Source: an uncultured Candidatus Saccharibacteria bacterium (lineage in GTDB: Bacteria; Patescibacteriota; Saccharimonadia; Saccharimonadales; JAGQNJ01). From it: 44,033 nt of DNA. The DNA lies in NCBI GenBank assembly GCA_964590205.1, contig CAZPVO010000006.1, positions 1-44,033 on the forward strand, given 5' to 3'. Below, piece after piece: positions 1 to 8,153 of the stretch. Every line of letters starts with the position of its first letter. The first letter of the stretch is position 1. Position numbers and translations under genes: made by a program. The notes below the pieces were generated by a model that worked only from the letters and a program-made list of their open reading frames with translations, had not been told where the DNA came from and did not search any database.

Positions 1-75
1 TGGTGCGGGATGGGGTAGTCGAAACCCCATCTCAAGTTTGGAAAACTTGCATATTAGCCGTTATACGAATCCCGC
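1..75 (-). tRNA. tRNA-Gly (TCC)
   Basis: The reverse complement folds as a cloverleaf: acceptor GCGGGAT/ATCCCGC, anticodon arm CAAGT-TTTCCAA-ACTTG, T loop TTCGACT, encoded 3' ACCA. Confidence 0.95.
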
Positions 76-85
76 TTGTTACTGA

Positions 86-122
86 GGGAGGCTAGCGTGT
101 TAGCCACGATTGCGACACCCGC
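86..122 (-). pseudogene. Possible degenerate 5' half of tRNA-Gly (CCC)
   Basis: Minus strand reads GCGGGTG-TC-GCAATCGTGGCTAACAC-G-CTAGC-CT-CCC. This is collinear with the 5' half of the adjacent tRNA-Gly and ends at a CCC triplet in anticodon position. No 3' half follows. Confidence 0.5.
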
Positions 123-135
123 ATTTAACCCTAAG

Positions 136-144
136 ATTATATCA
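136..144 (-). promoter_or_regulatory. Extended -10 promoter (TGaTATAAT) for the tRNA-Gly locus
   Basis: Plus-strand ATTATATCA at 136-144 lies just upstream of the remnant and the tRNA. Confidence 0.6.
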
Positions 145-159
145 GATTTATATCTGTTA

Positions 160-2583
160 TTAATGATCGCTTAGAATTTGTTGAATTTCTGGCGCGTCGA
201 ATTCAAGATTTGAACCTGGTGCTATATTGCCACCAAGCATGCGTTGAGCAACTAGGTTCTCGACTGCACGTTGTACCACGCGGCGAAGTGGACGAGCACC
301 AAGTCGTGGATCGTAACCAGTTTGAGCCAGTAATTGCTTCGCAGCTGGTGTGAGTGAGACTGTAACTTTTTGTCCGGCCAATCGTTTATTTAACGAGTTC
401 ATCAGCAAATCAACAACTTGCATGAGTTCCTCGGCTGTTAATGGGCGGAACAAAATTATTTCGTCAAAACGATTCAAAAATTCTGGTCTGAAAACATTAG
501 AGTCGATTAATTCATTCACAAAAGTTTCTTCAAACTGTTCCAGTTGCTGACCGGCTTGAATATGTGCTCGAATTTTATCTGCGCCAGCATTACTTGTGGC
601 AATAATAATGGCGTCACGGAAACTGACTGGTTTGTTTTCAGCGTCGCGCAAAGTTCCTTCGTCCAACATTTGGAGCAATAAATTCAAAACATTGGGGTGA
701 GCTTTTTCAATTTCATCCAGCAGCACAACACTAAACGGTTGCTTGGCAATTTGCGCACACAAACTATACGGATCAGTTCCGCCGGTCGCCAGAATTCGCG
801 AAGTGTCAGTTGGCTGCGAGTATTCATTAAGGTCAATACGAACCATGCGTTCTTCACCACCAAAGTAAACAGCCGCCAACGCTTTTGAGAGTTCTGTTTT
901 ACCGACACCAGTTGGACCAAGAAATAGGAATGTACCAATTGGTCTGTTTTCGTTTCGCACACCGGCTCGTGCCCGGCGCAGCGCATCGCTCACAAGCTTC
1001 ACCGCACGCGTTTGATTGATCATGCGCTCATGAATACGCTCTTCCAAATTGAGCAAAACATTTCGCTCTTCATCTGTATCAGCCGTTTGAACTTTAACAT
1101 CAAAGGATTTCTCGACTGCTTCTTGAACTGATTTAGCTGTAATAAAATGCTGCTGCTCCGGGAAGCCTGACGCTGATTCGAGTAGTTTAATGGCTTTGCC
1201 CGGAAAAGCTTGGTCATGAATAAACCGATCAGCTAGCTTGTAGGCTTCCTTGATCGCTTGATGCATGTAGACCACATGATGTTGCGCCTCAAGCATAATA
1301 ATTTGATCTTCCATAACAAGCGCTGTATCAAACTTATCGAGCGGCTTTACAATAACGCGGTTCATCATCTGCGCCAGCCCGGGATTACTTTGACTCAGGC
1401 GGACCCATTCTTGATCAGTCAAAGACAAAATAATGCGCATTGCACCACCTTCGATCACTGGCAAAAGCAGATTAGACAGATCAACTGCGCCAGTACCATC
1501 TTTTAAGAAAAGCTGCGCTTCGTCCAAAAAGATTACCAAATTTTTTGCCGCAATAGCTTCGTTAAATAAGTGAATCAGCAGTTCTTCGAGCTGACCGCGA
1601 CCTTTGGCATTCGCAATTAAGTTTGCTGCATCGAGTGCGATCACCTGAAAGTATCGGAGCTCGGCTGGCGCGTGCGCCGGATCTTCTAACAGTCGCTGCG
1701 TCATGGCTTGAACGATAGTTGTTTTACCAACGCCTGTCTCACCAACCAATACAGCGTTACGTCTGCCCGGCTGTGCTAACAGATGAAAAATTTGATCAAT
1801 TATTTGATCGTGAGCAGGCATCGTTCGACGTAGCAAGCCACCATTTTCAATACTCTCGGTCATGTTATAGCCAACTCGATTTAACATTGGCGCCCAGCCG
1901 AACGCAAAATCACGGCCGATACCACCATAACTGCGACGTTCGTTGTGATATGCAATAACTTTATTAATATGCTCATACCAACTGACGCCCGACAACACAT
2001 CTTCTCCGTCGAGTTGCATTGGTGCCAGATAAGTATCGTAATGTGGAACGGCAAAGACCAGCGCTGCCATCGTGATACCACTGTCAATTTCCTTGACACC
2101 AAGTTCGCCTGCCAAAAATATCGCGTTTTGCCAAATTCGTAGTGTCCCGCCTGGTTCATCACTTGACAGCATTGATACAAAGTTCGCACCTAAGGCATAA
2201 CGACTAGCATAAAAATATCCGCCTGGCTGTTTTGCCATCATGAGTGCCAGTTTTTTGGGCGATGTATCATGCTTGATCATGGCTAAAATTTCGCGATTCA
2301 AAACCTGACTCACATCAGTAACAGCCTTGATATCCTGCATTGGTTTCAAAGTCTTCAGCTCACCGTTGTACCACAAAAGCAACATGGCAATTGGGCCAAT
2401 TGGAATAAGAAGCAAGTGGGCAACAATCATGTGCTGAAAAAAGACCAGCCAGAACCAGGCAAAAATTAGTCCCAACATAATAAATCCGGACAACATGCGC
2501 AGCATTGAATTATCCAGTCGGCGACCAAAACGAGCCATTTGGGCACGAGCAGAATTTAGATTGAGCTGAACTGACTGATTCAT
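160..2583 (-). CDS. Membrane-anchored ClpA/ClpB-like (Hsp100) double AAA+ ATPase
   Basis: D1 has GETGVGKT and IFLDEAQ. D2 has FLFLGPTGVGKTE, LLDEIEKAH, FRPEFLNR and GARPLRR. There are two N-terminal hydrophobic helices and no ClpB M-domain coiled coil. Confidence 0.9.
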   Translation of the reverse strand: MNQSVQLNLNSARAQMARFGRRLDNSMLRMLSGFIMLGLIFAWFWLVFFQHMIVAHLLLIPIGPIAMLLLWYNGELKTLKPMQDIKAVTDVSQVLNREILAMIKHDTSPKKLALMMAKQPGGYFYASRYALGANFVSMLSSDEPGGTLRIWQNAIFLAGELGVKEIDSGITMAALVFAVPHYDTYLAPMQLDGEDVLSGVSWYEHINKVIAYHNERRSYGGIGRDFAFGWAPMLNRVGYNMTESIENGGLLRRTMPAHDQIIDQIFHLLAQPGRRNAVLVGETGVGKTTIVQAMTQRLLEDPAHAPAELRYFQVIALDAANLIANAKGRGQLEELLIHLFNEAIAAKNLVIFLDEAQLFLKDGTGAVDLSNLLLPVIEGGAMRIILSLTDQEWVRLSQSNPGLAQMMNRVIVKPLDKFDTALVMEDQIIMLEAQHHVVYMHQAIKEAYKLADRFIHDQAFPGKAIKLLESASGFPEQQHFITAKSVQEAVEKSFDVKVQTADTDEERNVLLNLEERIHERMINQTRAVKLVSDALRRARAGVRNENRPIGTFLFLGPTGVGKTELSKALAAVYFGGEERMVRIDLNEYSQPTDTSRILATGGTDPYSLCAQIAKQPFSVVLLDEIEKAHPNVLNLLLQMLDEGTLRDAENKPVSFRDAIIIATSNAGADKIRAHIQAGQQLEQFEETFVNELIDSNVFRPEFLNRFDEIILFRPLTAEELMQVVDLLMNSLNKRLAGQKVTVSLTPAAKQLLAQTGYDPRLGARPLRRVVQRAVENLVAQRMLGGNIAPGSNLEFDAPEIQQILSDH

Positions 2584-2957
2584 GCACCAACCCCCATCCC
2601 CATAAGAGCCACCCCAACAAACGGCAATAGTGGAATTAATGGCCAGATAATAAGTAATGCCACTGCAACGACCAGTACAACCATCATGCCAACACCAGCC
2701 ATCAACAGTAGAAACCCACGAACAACAAAACCAATCGCTCGAGAAATTAATCGATCGAAGAACGCACGGATCTGAACATCCAGACCACCTTTAATTTTGC
2801 CGGCATAGGTTTGGCGAAACGGCGCAAACAGTGTTCGTGCTAGATCACCAGCCGAAAATGTCTCGAGTATCCAATTGCAGCGGCGAACCAATACACTATC
2901 GAACACCCAAAGCCAGCCTGCGCTGTACCACCAGCGTAGACATAACAAAAATACCAT
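2580..2957 (-). CDS. Small membrane protein translationally coupled to the Clp-like ATPase
   Basis: WWY and TLFAPFRQ motifs with a long C-terminal hydrophobic stretch. 4-nt ATGA overlap with the ATPase start. TGtTAGAAT lies 7 nt before ATG 2957 (alternative start 2963). Confidence 0.8.
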   Translation of the reverse strand: MVFLLCLRWWYSAGWLWVFDSVLVRRCNWILETFSAGDLARTLFAPFRQTYAGKIKGGLDVQIRAFFDRLISRAIGFVVRGFLLLMAGVGMMVVLVVAVALLIIWPLIPLLPFVGVALMGMGVGA

Positions 2958-3015
2958 AACCATTATTCTAACAGATTCTCCCTGTTATAATATAAGAGAA
3001 AGTGAAGATAAAATT

Positions 3016-4881
3016 ATGCTGAAAAAAGTTTTCCAGTTTTTTAAGAACTATTTGCATTTTGGGATTGTGCTTGTCGCGCTTGTTATCGCGATTGTTTTAT
3101 CACTGTTCGGCTATCACAAATATGCCGAGATTCTGCTGGCTGTTGTTGCGTTAGCTTCTTCCCTGCCGATTCTCTGGGATATTTTTGTATCGCTACGTCA
3201 CGGCGAATACGGCGTTGATATTTTAGCAGCCACCGCAATTATTGCCTCTGTTGTAATGCACGAAGTTTGGGCAGGCATCGTGATTGTATTGATGCTCACT
3301 GGTGGCGAGGCGCTAGAAGATTACGCTGAAAAGCGCGCCAAGACTGAACTGACAGCACTTATGGAACGAGCACCAAAAAAAGCCCATCTTATTCGTGGTC
3401 GCAAAGTTGTTGACGTAGCAGTTAATGATATAAAAGTCAGTGATAAGTTACTTATAAAACCTGGTGAAGTTGTCCCGGTTGATGCCGTCATTGTTGAAGG
3501 AAATTCCACTATCGATGAATCAAGCCTTACTGGCGAGCCACTACCGGTTGAAAAAAAAGTTGGCGAGCAAGTCTTGAGTGGTTCAATCAATCAAGACAGT
3601 CCGCTGACAGTTAAAGCATTGCACACTGCCCAGGACAGCCAATACGAACAGATAATTAAGCTTGTAAAAGCTGCCAGCTCGAGCCAATCACCTTTTGTCC
3701 GACTCGCCGATCGATATAGCATCCCGTTCACTATTACCGCGTTTGTGATCGCCGGCGCAGCCTGGGCAATCTCTGGTGAATCTATTCGCTTTTTGGAAGT
3801 TTTAGTTGTTGCCACTCCTTGCCCTCTTATTTTGGGCGCGCCAATTGCCATAATTTCTGGCATGAGCCGTGCCGCCAAACAAGGTGTCATTATAAAAACC
3901 GGTGGTGCTTTAGAGAAACTTGCTGGTGCTAAAACCATTGCTTTCGATAAAACAGGCACACTAACTAAAGGCCGACCGGTTGTTGACGATATCTTTTCCT
4001 ATAATAATCGTTCAAAAGACGATGTCCTCGAGATTGCTGCCGAGTTGGAGCAAAGCTCTAGCCACATCCTGGCCAAAGCAATTGTAGAAAAAGCCCATTC
4101 GCAAAACATAAAGCTTCATAAACTAAAAAATGTACGCGAAATAACTGGCCGGGGTCTGCAGGCAATTCACAAAAATCAAGAAGTTCTGGTAGGCAAACTT
4201 AGCTTTATGAAAGAGCGGCAAATTACAGTTCCCGCAAAAGTTCCATCTGCAGCCAAAACACAAACAGCTTCGTTCGTTGCGATTGATGGTAAAGTTATTG
4301 GCATTATTACCTTTAACGATGAGCTCCGAGACGAAACTAAATCAACAATTAAGAAACTTAAAGAACTTGGCCTTAAACACTTATTAATGGTAACGGGTGA
4401 CAATAAAGAAACTGCTCAAGCCATCGCCAAAAAGCTTGAAATTAGTGACGTGAAAGCCGAGTGCTTACCAGCAGATAAATTAATCGCTATTGAAAATATT
4501 AAAGATCGTCCCGTGGCGTTTGTTGGTGACGGCGTTAATGATGCGCCCGTTTTGACTGCGGCAGATGTCGGTATTGCGCTTGGTGCTCGTGGGTCAACCG
4601 CTGCCAGCGAATCTGCTGATATTGTTGTGATGCTCGATGATTTCTCACGAGTTGCAGACTCGGTGAGTATTTCTAAGCGCACTCTTTTCATCGCCAAGCA
4701 AAGTATTCTCATTGGCATTTTCATTAGCATTGGGCTGATGCTCATCTTTGCAACCGGTAAGTTCAAGCCAATTTATGGAGCAGCCATTCAGGAGCTGGTT
4801 GACGTAGCCGTTATTATAAATGCCCTGCGAGCTCATGGGCCATTCGAAAAATTAAAGGCGCTCAACAACTTAGCTAAGTGA
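3016..4881 (+). CDS. Heavy-metal-translocating P1B-type ATPase (P1B-5-like)
   Basis: Motifs SLTGEP, VATPCPL, FDKTGTLT, TGDN, GDGVNDAP and a last-helix QELVD. No N-terminal metal-binding domain. Start moved to ATG 3016, downstream of TGtTATAAT. Confidence 0.93.
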   Translation: MLKKVFQFFKNYLHFGIVLVALVIAIVLSLFGYHKYAEILLAVVALASSLPILWDIFVSLRHGEYGVDILAATAIIASVVMHEVWAGIVIVLMLTGGEALEDYAEKRAKTELTALMERAPKKAHLIRGRKVVDVAVNDIKVSDKLLIKPGEVVPVDAVIVEGNSTIDESSLTGEPLPVEKKVGEQVLSGSINQDSPLTVKALHTAQDSQYEQIIKLVKAASSSQSPFVRLADRYSIPFTITAFVIAGAAWAISGESIRFLEVLVVATPCPLILGAPIAIISGMSRAAKQGVIIKTGGALEKLAGAKTIAFDKTGTLTKGRPVVDDIFSYNNRSKDDVLEIAAELEQSSSHILAKAIVEKAHSQNIKLHKLKNVREITGRGLQAIHKNQEVLVGKLSFMKERQITVPAKVPSAAKTQTASFVAIDGKVIGIITFNDELRDETKSTIKKLKELGLKHLLMVTGDNKETAQAIAKKLEISDVKAECLPADKLIAIENIKDRPVAFVGDGVNDAPVLTAADVGIALGARGSTAASESADIVVMLDDFSRVADSVSISKRTLFIAKQSILIGIFISIGLMLIFATGKFKPIYGAAIQELVDVAVIINALRAHGPFEKLKALNNLAK

Positions 4882-5520
4882 CTGCAAACTGCTAAGTATC
4901 AGCGCCACAAAAACTGGAATCGTAATATTGTCCATGCCGTAAATCGACAGACCCTCTAACATCGTTGTAGAAAGTGGCAATATCAGTAACACAACCCATC
5001 TAACCTCGTACAAATTAATCGGCATGAATACCAGCAGAAGCCCTGTAATAACGAGCGCTGTCAGCCAAAAAGCCAAACTGCCAACGATACTTTTCTTTTG
5101 TTTCAAAATCGAATAATTATACTGAGTGCCATACTTATTGCCGATAACTGCGGCCACCCCATCGCCCAAACTCAAATACAAAACCGCCACGGTAAAAATC
5201 CATGGTGAAGACGAAATGTAGGTCGTAATACCAATGCCAATCGGGAACAGAATATCTCCAACTGTTTGGCGTTTAACACTATGGACCGATTTAAAGAATT
5301 TAAAGTGACGATCAACAAGCACGACGAGCACAAAAGCCAGACACATCAAGCGAATTTCATTCCAACTCAGAAAAAACGGCCAAAAAGCCACAAAGCTTCC
5401 CACGCTCATATGTACAAATTTGCGAGCAAGTTCACCCCGGATATAATTTTTTTGCCTGAGAAACTCAGCCAATAGCAGAAGCAATAGAACAACAGCCAAT
5501 GCAACCAGAACTCCAAGCAT
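4870..5520 (-). CDS. Polyprenol/phytol/dolichol kinase family (SEC59/DGK1/VTE5-like) membrane protein
   Basis: Motifs ELARKFVH, GDGVAAVIG, KKSIVGSLA and GMDNITIP, with multiple TM helices. Confidence 0.85.
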   Translation of the reverse strand: MLGVLVALAVVLLLLLLAEFLRQKNYIRGELARKFVHMSVGSFVAFWPFFLSWNEIRLMCLAFVLVVLVDRHFKFFKSVHSVKRQTVGDILFPIGIGITTYISSSPWIFTVAVLYLSLGDGVAAVIGNKYGTQYNYSILKQKKSIVGSLAFWLTALVITGLLLVFMPINLYEVRWVVLLILPLSTTMLEGLSIYGMDNITIPVFVALILSSLQSLS

Positions 5521-5597
5521 ATCCCCAATTGTACGCCAATTTTTAGCGATTAGAAGTAGTCAGAACCATTCCACTTACGGTATAATTAAGCAGATAC

Positions 5598-7421
5598 ATG
5601 GGTGTATTTTTGAAACCAAAATTCATCGGGATATTAGTTTTGCCACTATTAGTGGTAGTTGGTGTATTATTGTTTGCGCCCCATAAAGTATCGGCCGCGA
5701 CATTTACTGTTAATTCAACTGGTGATGCCAGTGATGCCAGTGTTGGTGACGGGATATGCGCAACAGGCGGTAGTGTGTGTACTCTGCGTGCCGCAATTGA
5801 AGAAGCCAATAACGCTCAGGATCCAGATACTATCAATTTTAATATTAGTGGCAATGGGTTGCATACAATCACCCCGGCCACTGATTACCCTCAAATCTTT
5901 ACCCAACTTGTCATTGACGGATCTACACAATCAGCATCATCTTGTGGGCAACTCGTTGACGATGTGTTGCCAGCCACACAAACCATACAGCATATTCTTA
6001 ATATTGCTATCGATGGCACCAATGTGGGTAAAATATTTGACGATGCCTTTGATCACACCACGATAAAGGGTCTGAATTTATATAATGCTCAAAATGCCCT
6101 GATTCAAGTTGGACAAGTATCTGATGTAACTATTGAGTGTAATTATCTGGGGACTAACGCTGCTGGTACGAGTGATGCATCACCACAGGGTGCGGTTGGT
6201 ATAGCTTCGGATTCACTAAGTCTCACTGTTCAAAATAATCTGATTTCAGGTCTTAATCAACCAATAAGCGCGGGGGGTGATACAACATTCCAAAACAATC
6301 TCGTTGGAACGAACAATGGAGGAGTGACGGCCATTGCCAATAATAATCCATCTGCGTTTTCTGGCCATGCGACGGTTCATCATAATATTTTTGCCAGTAG
6401 CGACGGAAATGGAATTAATATATCTGGTTTTGGTTTTATTATTACGGGCAATTATATAGGTTTAAATGTCACTGGAGCACGTTTAGGTAATGGTGGTGAT
6501 GGAATTTTTACTGACACAGACTCGCACGACTACACCATCGGTGGCTCCACTGAGCAAGATCGGAACGTAATTAGCGCAAACGGAGGAAACGGGATACATA
6601 TATACAATCTAGGTGGCAATGGTTGCGGAAGCAATACTAACTCAGGTATTTTGGGCAACTATATAGGCGTTAATACAGGTGGCGCCATAGCAACTAATTA
6701 TGGCAATGCTAAGTCAGGTATTGCGATTAATGAAGAAGAAGGGCCAGGTTGCATACTTAGTGTCTATAAACATCGAATTGGCGGAGATGCTGATGGTGAG
6801 TCTAATACCATAGCCGGAAATAGTCTTGATGGTATTCGGGTTTATCAGGCACCTAACATGGATGTATTTGGTGTTTCAATACTTAAGAATAAGATATTCA
6901 AAAACGGCAATTTAGGTATTAATCTTGCCTTAGATAGTAATGATAACGGAGATGCTGATACAGATTTAGGACCCAATACACAAAATAATTTTAGTCTTAC
7001 CTACCCGGCTGAGCATGCTAATAATTACCTCAACACCCCTGTACTTAATTCAGTCACTAACAGCGGTAGTAATGTCACCGTTAAATACAGCTTTAGCGCT
7101 CCAAGTGTTGTTGAAAATCCTGATTTTTTGCTAGCTAGTGATCTTGTTGGCTTTCGTCTAGATTTTTACATTAATGATAACTCAACTGATGGTGCGTACA
7201 GCGGGTATTCACAAAATCAAACGTGGCTTGGTTCATTTGTCGTCGATGGCTCTGAAACAAATGCAACACATACTTTCACCAGCCCGATAACACTCACAAG
7301 TAATCACACAATTAATACCACGGCTACTGTTGTTTGGAAACACATTGCAAGCGACTGTCCACCAGAGAATGTGCGTATCGGTACTGGGCCACCATATACT
7401 ACAACGAGTTGCGGAGATTGA
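5598..7421 (+). CDS. Secreted CSLREA-domain beta-helix surface protein
   Basis: Signal peptide, then ATFTVNSTGD...DGICA...CTLRAAIEEAN, repeated (G)NYIG beta-helix turns, N/G-rich composition and a C-terminal Ig-like region. No C-terminal anchor. Confidence 0.85.
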   Translation: MGVFLKPKFIGILVLPLLVVVGVLLFAPHKVSAATFTVNSTGDASDASVGDGICATGGSVCTLRAAIEEANNAQDPDTINFNISGNGLHTITPATDYPQIFTQLVIDGSTQSASSCGQLVDDVLPATQTIQHILNIAIDGTNVGKIFDDAFDHTTIKGLNLYNAQNALIQVGQVSDVTIECNYLGTNAAGTSDASPQGAVGIASDSLSLTVQNNLISGLNQPISAGGDTTFQNNLVGTNNGGVTAIANNNPSAFSGHATVHHNIFASSDGNGINISGFGFIITGNYIGLNVTGARLGNGGDGIFTDTDSHDYTIGGSTEQDRNVISANGGNGIHIYNLGGNGCGSNTNSGILGNYIGVNTGGAIATNYGNAKSGIAINEEEGPGCILSVYKHRIGGDADGESNTIAGNSLDGIRVYQAPNMDVFGVSILKNKIFKNGNLGINLALDSNDNGDADTDLGPNTQNNFSLTYPAEHANNYLNTPVLNSVTNSGSNVTVKYSFSAPSVVENPDFLLASDLVGFRLDFYINDNSTDGAYSGYSQNQTWLGSFVVDGSETNATHTFTSPITLTSNHTINTTATVVWKHIASDCPPENVRIGTGPPYTTTSCGD

Positions 7422-7729
7422 TGATGAAGCAGCAAAAAATTAGTCAAAAAATCTTACTAGTCCTTGCTAGCACGTTGGTTATCGTGACCGTATTTTCAGC
7501 TACCGCTCACGCGGCGGAGATAAGTCCAGATTCAGATTCTATCAGCTATGGTTCAACATCAGAGAATTCAGCTAGCCTTGAAATAAATCCAAATGGCACA
7601 AGTGTCAGCTCTGGCTCTAGCTCAACCCTTGCGAACACCGGTCAATCAACGTTGATAATAGCAGTGGGCGCAGGCGCTCTCGTAATTCTTGGCCTTGGCC
7701 TAGCATTACATCAACGCATAAAGAAATAG
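7421..7729 (+). CDS. Small secreted protein with LPXTG-like (LANTG) motif, TM helix and basic tail
   Basis: ATG overlaps the upstream TGA (TGATG) and GGAG precedes it. Signal peptide ending AHA, then GSTSENS, TLANTG, a hydrophobic helix and HQRIKK. Confidence 0.8.
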   Translation: MMKQQKISQKILLVLASTLVIVTVFSATAHAAEISPDSDSISYGSTSENSASLEINPNGTSVSSGSSSTLANTGQSTLIIAVGAGALVILGLGLALHQRIKK

Positions 7730-7735
7730 CCAGGT

Positions 7736-7939
7736 TTACTTTGGTTCTTCAGGGATTAATAAACCAAGCAGTACGTAAACTAAGAGTCCTGGTACAAAAC
7801 CGGTAAATAAAGTTAAGATTACCCAGGCAATTCGAACAACCGTCGGATCGGTATTCATATATTCGGCCATGCCGGCACAAACACCTAAAAGTTGCTTATT
7901 ACGTGAGCGGTATAGTTTTTTGACTTCTTCTTTTGCCAT
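7736..7939 (-). CDS. PspC domain-containing protein
   Basis: KKLYRSR...LGVCAGMAEY..DPTVVRIAW...YVLLGLLIPEE. SD AAGGAG precedes ATG 7939. Confidence 0.9.
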   Translation of the reverse strand: MAKEEVKKLYRSRNKQLLGVCAGMAEYMNTDPTVVRIAWVILTLFTGFVPGLLVYVLLGLLIPEEPK

Positions 7940-8063
7940 ATTTTTCTCCTTACTTAATATTATACTTCTGTCGCAAAATTTTTCACATCTATTGTCCAGA
8001 ATGCTCACTGCAGGTTTGATGCAAAAAATCTATTATGAAAGTGCAACTAATAAGGAGGAATTC

Positions 8064-8153
8064 ATGGCTAATGTAAAACCATGGAACCAACACATGCAGG
8101 ACGCAGCTGAAGATCTAAAAAAGCAGATCAAAAAAGCAACGGACAAGAAATAA
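8064..8153 (+). CDS. 29-aa small protein (MANVKPWNQHMQDAAEDLKKQIKKATDKK)
   Basis: Strong SD TAAGGAGG just before the ATG. It fills the intergenic gap, and its stop abuts the convergent gene. Confidence 0.55.
   Translation: MANVKPWNQHMQDAAEDLKKQIKKATDKK

Noticed and set aside
2875-3015. N-terminal extension of the P-type ATPase
   Set aside because: It overlaps the divergent gene and contains the promoter. ATG 3016 is the better start.
7334-7421. Frameshift or TGA readthrough joining the CSLREA gene to the anchor ORF
   Set aside because: The ORFs are in different frames, and the downstream one has its own SD and signal peptide. TGA is used as a normal stop elsewhere in the window.
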